Positions 38,296-51,045 of a DNA stretch of 64,000 nucleotides are shown one piece after another. The position numbers and the translations under genes were made by a program. Every line of letters begins with the position of its first letter. Within the stretch, counting starts at the first letter, position 1. Origin of the DNA: Octopus sinensis (taxonomy: Eukaryota). Where the stretch lies: contig NC_043006.1 of assembly GCF_006345805.1 (NCBI RefSeq), positions 96,348,001 to 96,412,000 of the forward strand, read 5' to 3'. Under the pieces are notes generated by a model. The model was not told where the DNA came from, made no database searches, and saw only the letters and a program-made list of their open reading frames with translations.

Positions 38296-41200
38296 GATGG
38301 CTGCCCCCTCGTTATCGAGTATAGCCATTGCACGAAGCTTAACTGTTACTGGTGCTGTGATCGAATGTGACTTTTTAGCTCAGCTAAAGATCTACAATGT
38401 CTTGTACAGAATTGGCAACTAAAATCTTTACTGGCAGTAGCCGGCTGTAGTTGTAACTGGGCTTCATGTACCTTTGCATGTCGTTTAAGTCCTCCTGCCG
38501 AATTACACTCTCTTCCACATACCCGACAGATATGATTAGTATGATGGCCAGGTTGTCACTCATCTGTCTCGCTTTATGACTACGAAGATGACTCTTGAGT
38601 TCAGCTTTACTGAGGCAGGGTCTTGCACAGACAATGCATGTCAGCATCATAGGAAGACCCTTCCCATCTGGAAGTGCAACGGCGTTGCCCTTCCTAACAT
38701 CCCTCCTTACTTTCTCATGTGCAACTCGAGATTTCTCAAAAGTGGCTGTCCCCACGTGCACAATCCTTCTCTACCTGCTACGATCAATAGCTATGCCTTC
38801 TCATGTGTCAGGAGAGATGCAAGCATCTCTTAAGGAAGCCTTCAGCAAGTCCTTATACCTCTTTTTTAGTTTCTGTGGGGGGTCGTTCTCCTTTAGCTAA
38901 CTCTCCATAAAAGATTTGTTTTGATATCCTTGAATCCTTCATCTTGACCAGATGACCACTCCATCTGAGCCTTTGCTTTAACACAAGAGCTTCTATACTT
39001 TCACACCGAGAGCCTTCAATATTTCAAGATCACTGATGCGGTCCTTCCACTTAATGCTATAGATCCGTCTGAGGCACATCTGATGGAAACGTTCCAGTTG
39101 TTTAAGGTGGTATCGATATGTGACCCACGTCTCACAGGCATAGAGAAGAGAAGGGAGCACACATGCCTTGTACACCTTTATCTTTGTCTTTCTGCATATG
39201 TCTCGCCGACTCCAGAGGCGCTTTTCTAACCTTCCGAAAGCAACACTTGCTTTCCTAATTCTGTATGGAATTTCATCATCCACATTGCTATATCTATTAA
39301 TAGTGCTTCCCAGGTAGACAAACTGATCGACTACATCAAGTCGTTTACCATTCACATAGATATTTGGTACACTATACTGCTTACCAGGGGCAGGTTGATG
39401 CATGACAACAGTTTTCTTGAGATTGACTGTCAATCCTAAGGCAGTGCAAGCATAAGAGAATGCATTCAAAATGTGTTGCATATCAATCTGTGTGTGTGCT
39501 ACTAGCTCACAATCATCTGCATACAAAAGGTCTCTTATGAATGATAGAGGTAAATACCTTTGTTTTGCAGCAAAGCGCCTGATATTAAATATGCTGCCAG
39601 AGGTTCGATAATGGACGTAAACACCGTATCTGCTGTTTCTGAATGCAATACAGAACACCATCGCGAAATATATGGAAAATAGAGTCGGTGTCAGAATATC
39701 CCCTGTTTCACTCCATTTTGTATTGAAATGAGCTCCGACATTTTCCCTCTAACATTCACCCTACCATTCATGTCGTCATGAAAAGACCTAACCAAAGCAA
39801 GGAACTTTTCAGGACACCCAAGTTTCTGGAGGACTTTCCACAATGCTTTTCTATTGACGGTATCAAAGGCTTTTGTCAGATCGACAAAAACGTGATACAA
39901 ATCCAGACCCTGCTCCACACACTTCTCCTGAAGCTGTCAAGCTGAAAAGATCATATCAGCAGTGCCACGTCCCACACGAAAGCCAGATTGACTTTCTGGA
40001 AGAACACAATCTGCAATGTATTTCAGCAGACGATCCAGAAGTACCCTGCATAAAACCTTTCCTACGACAAACAGCAATGATACTCTCCTATAATTACCAC
40101 AATCATTCCTGTTGCCCTTTCCCTTATACAGGACCACCATTACTATATCTCTCCAGTCCTCAGGTACAGATTCACTAGTCCATACCTTACCAAACAAAGA
40201 GTCAAGTTTCTGCAGAATTTTCTCACCACCATGCTGTAACAACTCCGCATGTATGCCATCCATACCTGGAGACTTCCCATTATTCAACCTTGAGACAGCC
40301 ATTGCAACTTCTTCCAACTTTGGTGGTTCTGCGAGTGCTGCCTTCACAGGTAATCCAGGGATGAGACTGAGAACATCCTCACTAACTACAGACTGCTGAT
40401 TCAAAAGTTCATCAAAGTGTTCTTGCCACCTTCGCAAAATTCCTTGTGAATCACGAAGAAGTTCTTTACCATCCCTGCTTCGAAGTGGTGTCATCAAAAA
40501 AGACGTCGGTCCATAAACTTCTCGCAAGAGACCATACAACAGCTTTGTGTTATTGGAATCCGATGCCGCCTGTATCTCATCAGCCTTCTTACTCCACCTT
40601 TGCCTCACATGTGATTTTATGTCCTTGAGTTCCTTGTGCAACACTTCCTTTTCCTGTGGCTTTGCAGACAAATAGCGTGACAAAGTACGTCTTTTATCAG
40701 CCAATAAATCATCTATATGTTCATCATTTTCTTTAAACCAATCTTGATGCTTTCTTTGTATCAATCCCAGAACTTTCTTGCCTATATCATAAACTGACAT
40801 TTTAAGGGTCGGCCAATCCTCCCCAAAATCTGCAGCCTTTATTTCCTCTCGTAAAGTTCTCTCCACACTATTACACCTAAGATGATCAACATTTAGTCTT
40901 TTAGGAAGAGTAATCCCTGCAGCTTGGATTTTATGTTTTGTGACTAATTTCACTTTTGCACGTACTAGGCGGTGGCCAGTCCAACACTCAGCTCCACTAA
41001 GAACACGAACACACTGCACATCCTGTCTGTCACGCACCCTAACAAGGATGTAATCCAGAATATGCCATTCTTTAGATGCAGGGTGCATCCATGTAGTCTT
41101 AAACTTATTCTTTTGTTGAAACATGGTATTGGTAACACACAGACTCAACTCCTCACACATCTGAAGCAAAAGCATGCCATTACTATTACTCTTCCCCACC

Positions 41201-41796
41201 CCATGCTTTCCAATTACAGTCCATGTGTTAAAATCCCTACCCACTCTAGCATTAAAGTCACCCAGTACGATGACTTTGTCTGCCCGAGGGATATTTCTTT
41301 TAATGCCCTTCAAAGCATGGTAGAAAGAAAGTTTTTCGTCATCAGTATAGCACATAGTTGGAGCATACACACTCACCAAGGTCATATGATTTCCCTTAAC
41401 CAAAGGAATTCTCATGGACATAAGATGCTCGTTAATTCCGATTGGGAATTCTTCCAACTTGTCCACAAGAGTAGTCTTAACAGCAAATGCCACTCCAGCT
41501 TCTCCTCTAAACTCTTCAGTTCTCCCTTTCCAAAAGGATGTATATTTTCCACAAGATTCTGTAAGATGACCATCTCCAGGTAATTTCGTCTCAGATAAAG
41601 CAACGCTGTCAAGATCATAGCATTGAAGCTCCTTCGCAACAATCGCAGTCCTTCTTTCAGGACATTCAGAGGACTCGCGGTCAAGCATTGTCCGTACATT
41701 CCAACAGTCAATATTCAATATTTTATTTGGTTCTATCACAGTAGCATGATGACGGCTGGGTTCAGACTGTGATGCTCTGGAGCCCTTGCCGGGCCA
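38296..41796 (-). mobile_element. Near full-length RTE-clade (BovB-like) LINE embedded in (TATG)n
   Basis: APE, RT and zinc-finger regions in order; 3' end ATGGCTATACTCGATAACGAGGGGGCAGCCATC followed by a microsatellite tail. Confidence 0.95.
38346..41730 (-). pseudogene. RTE ORF: AP endonuclease + reverse transcriptase + three C2H2 fingers, disrupted
   Basis: WNVRT, GDFNARVG, TWMHPASKEWHILDY, KSPGMDGI, FVDLTKAFD, GVKQG, YADD, RLRWSGH; nonsense codon at 39937-39939, frameshifts near 39700, 39000 and 38550, two further stops near 38780-38810. Confidence 0.95.
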
Positions 41797-41898
41797 TACA
41801 CACATGCATACATACATACATACATACATACATACATACATACATACATACATACATACATACATACATAAATACATACATACATATACACGCGCGTG

Positions 41899-41936
<38 letters not shown>

Positions 41937-42396
41937 TGGCGGTCTTGCACTCACAAGGTATTTGTCAGTCCGGGGCTACAATGGAAACACTTACTCAAGG
42001 TGAATCGCAGCGGGACAGAACGTGTAACGACGATGCAGCAAAACGAACTTGTTAACCACTGAGCCACGACTGAGCCTCTTTCGAGGTTGACTCAAAGCTT
42101 TGTGGCGTGATCATCAAAAGGAAACCGATCCTCCGTCGTCTTCGACGAATGCATTTGTTCGTTGATCGATGAACGAAACCGCTGACTCATTGTATTGTCT
42201 AATATTCCTTTCTATCATAGGCACAAGGCCTGAAATTTGGGGGAGGGGGCTAGTCGATTACATCGACCCCAGTACCCAACTGGTACTTAATTTATTGAAT
42301 GCGAAAGGATGAAAAGCAGAGTCGACCTCGGCGGAATTCTATTGTGTAATATCGAGTATCGTGTTATGACGCCAGTTTTTCTTTTGGTGTTTATTG

Positions 42397-42559
42397 CACA
42401 GGAGTGGCTGTGTGGTAAGTAGCTTGCTAACCAAACACATGGTTCTGGGTTCAGTCCCACTGCGTGGCATCTTGGGCAAGTGTCTTCTGCTATAGCCCCG
42501 GGCCGACCAATGCCTTGTGAGTGGATTTGGTAGACGGAAACTGAAAGATGCCCGTCGTA

Positions 42560-42593
<34 letters not shown>

Positions 42594-42820
42594 AGTGTGT
42601 GTGTTTGTGTGTCTGTGTTTGTCCCCTTAGCATTGCTTGACAACCGATGCTGGTGTGTTTACGTCCCCGTCACTTAGCGGTTCGGCAAAAGAGACCGATA
42701 GAATAAGTACTGGGCTTACAAAGAATAAGTCCCGGGGTCGATTTGCTCGACTAAAGGCGGTGCTCCAGCATGGCCGCAGTCAAATGACTGAAACAAGTAA
42801 AAGAGTAAAAGAGTAAAAGA
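42397..42820 (+). mobile_element. SINE family A, intact copy
   Basis: Near-identical to 18717-19157. Confidence 0.9.
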
Positions 42821-43025
42821 GAAAGAGAGAAAGAGATCTTTTGATGTCCATCAGGTTTCGGATTTAGGAACAAAGCTAGTAATTTGGGGAAGGGAGTCAG
42901 TCGATAGCATCTACCGCAACCTTTCTCGATCCCTGAAAGTTTAAACAACAAAAACAACTTATGTGAGATTCGAACCCAGGACGTAAAGAGCGGGAAAGGA
43001 ATGTTGCTTGTCCATTAACATACAA

Positions 43026-43394
43026 CAGGGGTCCCCACCTCTTTTTCACCGATGGACCCCTTTGAGTTCTATTTTATTCTGCTGGACCCTTATAGCCATT
43101 TGGTGTCTAAAAACTCCCTATATATTTTTATATTGAAATATTATTAGGGACTGTATTTAAATCATTTCCTTTACGTGTTTCAGTCATTTTGACTGCGGCC
43201 ATGCTGGAGTACCGGCACATTAAGTCGAACAAATCGCCCCCAGGGATTATTCTTTGTAAGCCTAGAACTTACTCTGTCGGTCTCTTTTACCGAACTGCTA
43301 AGTAACGGGGGCGTAAACACGCCAACATCGGTTGTCAAGCGATGATGGCGGCGACTAACACAGATACGAATAATAAATACACAGACACACACAC

Positions 43395-43430
<36 letters not shown>

Positions 43431-43704
43431 GATGAGCTTCATTCGGTTTCCGTCTGCCAAATCCACTCACAAGGCTTTGGTCGGCCCGAGGCTATAGCAG
43501 AAGACACTTGCCCAAGATGCCACGCAGTGGGACTGAACCCGGAACCATGTGGTTGGTAAGCAAGCTACTTACCACACAGCCACTCCTGCGCCTGTTAAGC
43601 TATTTTGTGTATTGTAAAACTATAACCAATTAATTGTATTTAAATTTTAACAAAATCTTAAATGGACCCCCAAAGGTCGTACGGACCTCCGTTGTGAACC
43701 ATTG
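43026..43704. mobile_element. hAT-like MITE interrupted by a SINE A copy (about 43165-43592, minus)
   Basis: Degenerate TIRs CAGGGGTCCCCAC / GTTGTGAACCATTG with subterminal GGACCC motifs; no clean 8-bp TSD. Confidence 0.45.
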
Positions 43705-43973
43705 TTGTATATACTGGTGTACTTTTTCTTTTAAGGGAAATAACTTGAAATTTTTCATAAATAAAAAGAGTTATTTCCCTTGAACTATATTATTTCTTTT
43801 ACATATTTTGTGTCTGGGGAGAGTCAGTTTCTTTTTGTGCCTTATACACTCACCGGTAAAATTTCTACTTATTTCTTATTTTCCAAAAATTTTCGTTGAG
43901 TCTTACAACTTCTTCAATAGTCTTGAAAATAGTTTTTTTTTTATTTATGTAATCAGTGACTGAAAAGTATATT

Positions 43974-44417
43974 CAGGTCGTCGTCGTTTTACGACCGATC
44001 GACTTTACGACGATTGGCTCGTTACCTCCCGGCAGCAATAATAGATAGTCCAGTTGAAATCTAATGGGTTTAATTGCTTAGAAATTAACCCGTCTACGGA
44101 TGATGTCAGCTAACAATCGCTTCCCCTAGATTTGGTTATCGCTCACCACTGCGTTGGATGACTATTCTGCCGCGTAGGCATCGCGGCAGCCTCGTATTTG
44201 TTTATAAGAGGATTGCTTTGGACTCCGAATTTTTTTTATTAATGCCAGAATAATAGTATAATACAGAATGCTGTGTGTGACTTTTACCTAAGAATGTACT
44301 AGAAAAATAAAAAAGATATAAAGCAAAACTGTGTAGGCCTATAAGCCGACTTACGACCAAATCGACTTACAACCAGTCAGTCAGAAACAACTGTGGTCGT
44401 AAGTCGACGACGACTTG
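43974..44417. mobile_element. Tc1/mariner (pogo/Tigger-like) MITE
   Basis: TIRs CAGGTCGTCGTCGTTTTACGACC / GGTCGTAAGTCGACGACGACTTG, TA on the right, subterminal GACTTACGAC repeats. Confidence 0.7.
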
Positions 44418-45068
44418 TATTTCAAACAAGACCTAGTGTCGCAATCTCTCGCCAAGCGATTATTCCGTGCTGATGAAGAGAAATAAACCCAGAAACCATA
44501 GTTTCACAAATATTGCTTTGAGCTGAAGGGGGGGGGCACTAGCCCCTTTGTTCTAAAATATAAGGACACAGTTAGTACGTCGATAGCCAGCTGGAGACGA
44601 TAGTTTCCTGGGGCTAAATAGCAGTAACATTCGTCCTAATCAGGACTGTCACATTTTATTATTATTATTATTATAAACTTTATATTCTTTCTTGTACTGT
44701 GTACTGCAGGAGGTGCCTTATGCGGTGCTTGTATTTTGGAAAATAATCTAAGACTTCATGGAATCTATATCACTGTTTAAGTATCTCAGAAATGTGTTAT
44801 ATCTGTATATATATAAAGGCTCGATGTGTGAGTGTGCGTACGTGAATGTAATTTATGCACGTCCACAAATTATCATGCATGTCGCTCCAAATTTAGGAGG
44901 ACATTCGTCACGATCCTAGCTGTATTTTCGTCAATTTATTTCCCCCCGAGGCACCAGCGAATAGCGGTAAAAATAAATTTTCAACCATAACTTAACAATT
45001 TTCACGGCGGAGAAATCTACCATTGTTTACAAACATGAGTTAAGTCCCCATCTACCGACGGTGTAAAG

Positions 45069-45110
<42 letters not shown>

Positions 45111-45579
45111 AAACTTTTTAAAATTTCGTCTTTTTACTTAGTGATTGACAGGCAAAATCAGACCGACAGCTTTTGTTATGTACGTATGTATGTATGTGTG
45201 AATGGCTTCAGTCACACACACACACACACAAGCATGTATGCACACAAAACACATGTATGCAATGTGTGTGTGTGTGTGTGTACATATATTCATAAATGTG
45301 TAAGTAGGTGTCTTTTGTTTTTATCTTTCACTTCTTTCAGTCGTTAGACTGCGGCCATGCTGGAGTGTCACCTTGAAGAACTTTTAGTCGTATCAATGGA
45401 CCCAGTACGTTTTCTTTTATAGCTGCTGATACTTATTCCATCGATCCCTTTTGTCGCACCGCTAGCATACGGAGACGTAAACACACCAACACCGGTTATC
45501 AAGCACCGGTGGGGTCAGGCACTGACAGAAAATCACACACACACACACACACATGTATGCTTTTATTCTTTCGTTATTT

Positions 45580-45870
45580 ATTTTTTACTTGTTTTAGTCA
45601 TTAAATTGTGATCATATCGGAGTACCGCCTTGAATAATTTTTTTATTAATTAAACAAATCGATCCTAGGACTTATTTATTCAGAATTATTTCTTATTCTA
45701 TCGGCTTTTTGTTTTTGTTTTGCCGAACTGATATTGTAGAGATGTAAACACACCAACGCCGATTGTCAAATAGTGTGTGTGTATGTATGGGGGAGGACAA
45801 GCATAGAAGCAAAGACACAAACGTACACACGCACGCACACACGCACATACACACACACACATACACACAA

Positions 45871-45928
<58 letters not shown>

Positions 45929-46082
45929 GACGGGTTTCTTTGGGTTTCCGTTTACCAACCCACTCACAAGATTTTGGTCGGCACGATACTTTAGTAGAAG
46001 ACACTTGGCAAGGTGCCACTCGGTGGGACTGACCCCGGAATCATGTGGCTGGAAAACAAGCTTCCTACCACACAGCCACGCC
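45580..46082 (-). mobile_element. Degenerate SINE family A copy
   Basis: GACACTTGGCAAGGTGCCAC and CCACACAGCCACGCC blocks; a second 3' half at about 45310-45520. Confidence 0.7.
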
Positions 46083-46125
46083 TTGCGTTCTTGTCCCGTT
46101 TTTGTATTTTATATATATATATATA

Positions 46126-46854
46126 CGTATTTCAAAATAGAAAATTACTCTTTAACAGGTAATTTTACATGCTAGAAATAGCAGCCAACACGGCCAAAAA
46201 ACCACAATTTTATAGCAAATTTCGAAGTAAATGAAAAATAAAAACCTTTACCTTGTTATATAACGGTTACGCCATGGTTCCGGATTACTTTAGCAGAATA
46301 ATATCGTTTGCTATCTTTTAATAGATAATTTAGCAAGACCATATTATCCCCCAGGCGAATCCTCGTCAGTAACCGGCCTAAACAACTAGCTTATAACTCA
46401 GAGACAAGATAGCACGTGACCCATCATTATATGCTATAATTTTTCAAATATCGCGCGCAGGCGTATTTACAGTCAGCAATAGATACAATGCCGAGCTGAA
46501 ACCTCGACTGTAAATACGCCTGCGCGCGATATTTGAAAAATTATAGCATATAATGATGGGTCACGTGCTATCTTGTCTCTGAGTTATAAGCTAGTTGTTT
46601 AGGCCGGTTACTGACGAGGATTCGCCTGGGGGATAATATGGTCTTGCTAAATTATCTATTAAAAGATAGCAAACGATATTATTCTGCTAAAGTAATCCGG
46701 AACCATGGCGTAACCGTTATATAACAAGGTAAAGGTTTTTATTTTTCATTTACTTCGAAATTTGCTATAAAATTGTGGTTTTTTGGCCGTGTTGGCTGCT
46801 ATTTCTAGCATGTAAAATTACCTGTTAAAGGGTAATTTTCTATTTTGAAATACG
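46126..46854. mobile_element. PLE-like fold-back element: 349-bp inverted arms, 31-bp spacer
   Basis: 46126-46474 vs 46506-46854, one substitution found; abuts (AT)n on the left. Confidence 0.85.
46605..46716 (+). ncRNA. Hammerhead-like variant (CUGACGA...GGAA CCAUGG CG); mirror copy at 46264-46375 on minus
   Basis: Stem I CGGUUA/UAACCG, stem II GGAUU/AAUCC with a long structured extension, palindrome CCAUGG; GAAA and UH are non-canonical. Confidence 0.5.
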
Positions 46855-46937
46855 AATATGTTGTCTATTGACTTTTTATACATGCTAGGCAACTGGTGGT
46901 GATATTTATAACGAGTATTCGCCACCCTGTATATATA

Positions 46938-46977
<40 letters not shown>

Positions 46978-47188
46978 GACGGGCCTCATTCAGTTTCCAC
47001 CTACTCACGAGGACTTGGTCGTCCCGAGGCTTTAGCAGAGGTCACTTGCTCAAGGTGTCATGCTGTGTGACACCTCAAATATACATATTGTTTTAGAATA
47101 TAGGTATTCATATGCATATAAGCTCACACAGTTTCCATACAGACACAAACACACGTGACTTATATGTAAGTCTGTATTTGTGTGGTGG

Positions 47189-47238
<50 letters not shown>

Positions 47239-47309
47239 ATGTATGTATGTATGTATGTATGTATGTATGTAGTATGTATGTATGTGTGTGCGTGTGTGTG
47301 TGTGTACTT

Positions 47310-48150
47310 AAATAACTTAGATATGTTACGACCAAAGATTGGTCTAGGCCATGTCTAACTTTATAGCACCATCTGACAGTATTAACTAAATCCTTTCTAA
47401 GTCAAGTTTTGCTGTATCATGGTCCATTCGCGTAGGGTGTTGTTGTTGAGTGAGTTGTTTCCAAGTATAGGTTGCCTATCTGCTTGGCATTCCTCGAAGA
47501 AGTTTGTCCAGATTCCGTTTAAAGGTAATGGGATTTTTCATTTTTGATCTGTTTCGTGACAATATTAAATAGGGCAGGGCCTGTTGAAGAAAGGAAATTG
47601 TGCTGCAGTGTATTTATGTAATGTTTTCCTGAATTGGTTAGAGGATGTATGGCCCGTGGTCCTAGCCTCGAATGAATTTTAAAGCTAATGTTGAGGTCGT
47701 TTGGTCAATACTGGCGGTATATTTTCCACATCGTGCAAATGATGTATCGCTCACGGCGGCACTGGAAAGAGTAGAGTTTCAAGGCTTTAAGGCGGACCCA
47801 AAAATCGAGATCAGTCACGCCCGTAATTCGTTTAGAGGATGACTTCTGGGATGATTCAATTTTCGAGATGTTTTGTTTTGTATGGGCTGACCACAGGGTC
47901 AGCAGTATTCGAGATGTGGTCGTACAAGAGAGGAGAAAATAGGAATGATGACACTTTGTTCTCTGATCAGAAAAGTTCTTAGGATCCAGGAGTTCATCCT
48001 ACGACCTATATCGACCTTATTGTTGATGTGGGCATTCCAATTGAGATTGTTATAAAATATTACCTCTAGGTCTCTGATATTATTAGATGCTGTGAAGCAT
48101 CCTTCAAGGAAGAGAGTATGCGTGTTTTAGCATAGTCTTTCTTCTAAAAT
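47310..48150 (-). mobile_element. CR1-type LINE 3' fragment (RT C-terminus and 3' end), decayed
   Basis: SLVRPHLEYC and ALKLYSFQCRRERYIICTMWKI in broken frames; tail ending CTAAGTTATTTAAGTA. Confidence 0.8.
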
Positions 48151-48473
48151 GCATCAGGAGTGGCTGTGTGTGTCAAATGACTGAATCTATCTAGTACTAG
48201 GGTTTCGTATTTAGTGTCGGTGCATGTTCAGTCTATTTCTGAGAGTAAACTTTGTTTGACCTATGTAATCTTCGTTACACCCTTCATATTTGATACCGTA
48301 TATTAAATTCTTTGAAGAACATGTAAAATGATTTTTTATGGTAAAAATTCTGTCCTAATTTGCATTTGTATGTTGTGTCCCCATTACGGTTGAGGCAAGT
48401 ACCGCAAATGGGGCGGGGCGGGGGCACACTTTTTGACTGTTGGTGTGGAGATCTGTGTATGTATGTATGTATG

Positions 48474-48505
<32 letters not shown>

Positions 48506-49010
48506 GATTCCCACACGTATACAGAAGCAGAGCGTCTGTTTGAAAGTTGAAATGTTCAAGGCTTTAGCTCTGTATTTGATGGTTGGTTCATGTGTTAAAA
48601 AAATTTCCTTACGTTTCTACTTGGTCATCATCAATGCAAACAATTATTCTTATGGTTTATTAGTTAAAACATTAATGATTTCTTTGACTAATTTTTACGG
48701 AAGAGACATGCGAAACCTCGCTCTCTGTGTGGTTGGTGAGTGAGGATAATTAATGTGATTAAGTGTATAATAGAAATCGTCTGCAAACCATGTTTAGAAT
48801 TTCGTAATGGCACTGTGGTGTTTTATTCTTTTTTTTTCTTGTGAGACGTAGGCGTGGCTGTGCAGTTAAAATATTCACTTCCCATCCATGTGGTTTTTGG
48901 AGATCAGTCACACTGCACGAAACATCGGGCAAGTGTCTACTACTATAGAGGAAATCCTTTTGAGTGGATTTGGTGAATGAAAACTGAAAGAAGCTCTCTG
49001 TACACATATA

Positions 49011-49640
49011 TACGGGTATATACAAGAAGTTAAAAATTCCCCGCACTTTCGCCACTATAAGCACTGCCTTCTGCGCATGCGTGCTTATAGTTGGTACTAT
49101 TGTGGTCACGTAGTCGAAGTTAGCCTGATCGCGCCGTTTTTCCTTCTGGCTTTCACAGTGTAAGCATGGCTGCTCTGCTAGCAATATGCGCCAAAGAAGA
49201 GCAAAAAGCAGCGATTCGATTTCTCTGGAAAAGGAGTGTTCGATCAACAGTGAAAGATTCAGTGCTTTGTCGGACAATAAACTGAAGCCAGCAATTCGCA
49301 CCAAACGCCGAAGCCTATTGTCGAAGAAAGTTTTGTTGTTGCATGACAATGCATGCCCACACACGGCCATCCAGACCGTTGAAATAATTAAACAACTGGG
49401 TTTTGAGGTGCTGGAACATCCTACCTACAGTCTAAATCTCACCTCTTCTGACTATCATATCTTTAGACCGCTCAAAGATGGTTTACGAGGTCGTTAATTT
49501 CCTACAGATGAAGATGTGATGGAAGAGGTGCATAAATGGTTGCATGACAAACCGAAAACCTCCTTCTTGGAGGGAATACGTAAGCTTGTGGACTGCCGGA
49601 CCAAGTTCGTCGAAAAGTAAGGAGCCTATGTAGAAAAATA
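49011..49640 (+). mobile_element. Internally deleted mariner (DD34D) transposon
   Basis: MAALLAICAKEEQKAAIRFLW fused to LLHDNACPHT..EHPTYSLNLTSSDYHIF; 34 residues between the last two Asp; in-frame stops; right TIR not found. Confidence 0.85.
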
Positions 49641-50423
49641 ATGTACTTGTTTACCCACTGCTATTAAGTAAATACATTATAAAAACAATTTACGTATATG
49701 TATGTAAATTAAGTATATATATATATATATATGTAAATTTACTTTTTCTCTTTTTAGTTTAGAGTTAACTTTGACCTGACACGTAGTTTGGTTGGGAGGT
49801 TGTGAAAGAAAGCATCTTGATTTAGCCATTATCCTTTAAATATCGGTTTCTAATTTTAGCGGAAGGCCAGGGGGCAGGTCAATTATATCGACATCAGTGT
49901 TCAACTAGTACCTATTTTATCGACCCCAAAAGGATGAAAGGAAAACTCAACCTGATGGCATTTGAATTATTCTTTAAATATTAAGAAGGACTTACAGGTT
50001 GTCGTGGCCCCAGATATTGTAAGAATTTGTTTCATATGAATTAATGATTTGCATTTCCTCACCATGAGCCCAAGTTCAATCATATTTTGCTCAAGGCAGA
50101 TTGGCACATATCCTGTTGCTCCAATAATAATATGTGTGAAATTGAAAGAGCATCTTGGTTAGTGTATTCGCAATTACCTTATCAACTGATTTATAAACGC
50201 CCTCTTTCCTCTGTAATTTTCTGTCTGCAGCTGATTTGCATAAAAAAAGCATAATTTTTTCCCGTGATCCCACACAATAGTATCTGGCCAGTTTTCTTTG
50301 ATAGTGGTGGGTGGAGCAACGTGAAATATAGAGTCTTCCTCAAGAACACAACACGACCCGGTCCGGAAATCGAACTCATTATCTCACACTTGTGAGTCCA
50401 AGGCTCTAACCACTGAGCCATGA

Positions 50424-50457
<34 letters not shown>

Positions 50458-50710
50458 ATACATACACACACATGGCTCAGTGGTTAGAATGATTCACGAC
50501 TGTGAGATAATGAGTTCGATATATATATATATATATAAAACCGGCCGAAACTGCAAAGACGATCTGGAACTCGAATGAGAATAGGAAGCTCAGAATGACC
50601 CGTCTTTTTTCCTGTCCTTTTTTTGTATCGTCTGACTATCCGCAAGATTTGTTGTCGCCTCTTATGCTCTTGTCACATTTTTTGTTTTCTTTATATATAT
50701 ATATATATAT

Positions 50711-51045
50711 GGGTATGAGTAAGTATCTCGTTTATTTCTTTTGCCACATTTATCACTGACGAAGGGAGTGTTCTTACGAACTAACCCTGAAATAGGTCCG
50801 ATATGGTAATAATGGAATTTTTTAGAAATTTCTGTGAACCTTTTCGCGAGTAGCGTGTGTATTATGAAAAATTATTTGGTTATGGACAATATGTCCAATT
50901 TCGGCATATTTGGCATTAGAAATTTTTTCGTTTGCCTTTATTTATAAGTTGTTTATAATTTTAACCTTCAAAGGTATCTTTTAATATGCTGGCCATTGAT
51001 AAATTTCTTTTCGAAAAAAATTTTATCCTACATTAAATATATATA
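50711..51045 (+). mobile_element. PLE pLTR-like fragment, same family as 22209-22722
   Basis: Colinear homology from GAGTAAGTATCTC to the terminal GATAAA..TTTTATC hairpin; (AT)n on both flanks. Confidence 0.75.
50751..50803 (+). ncRNA. Type I hammerhead ribozyme
   Basis: CUGACGA 50756-50762, stem II AGGG/CCCU, GAAA 50789-50792, GUC site (cleavage after 50798), stem I UAUC/GAUA. Confidence 0.72.

Noticed and set aside
37432-38333. Long ORFs (213-260 aa) of MYVC/HTYI type, and similar ORFs throughout the window
   Set aside because: They are stop-free frames of TATG, AT, TG and ATT microsatellites with no protein motifs
44802-45130. A third Helitron family starting TCTGTATATATATAAAGG
   Set aside because: The 5' end looks right, but no hairpin-CTAG 3' end was found
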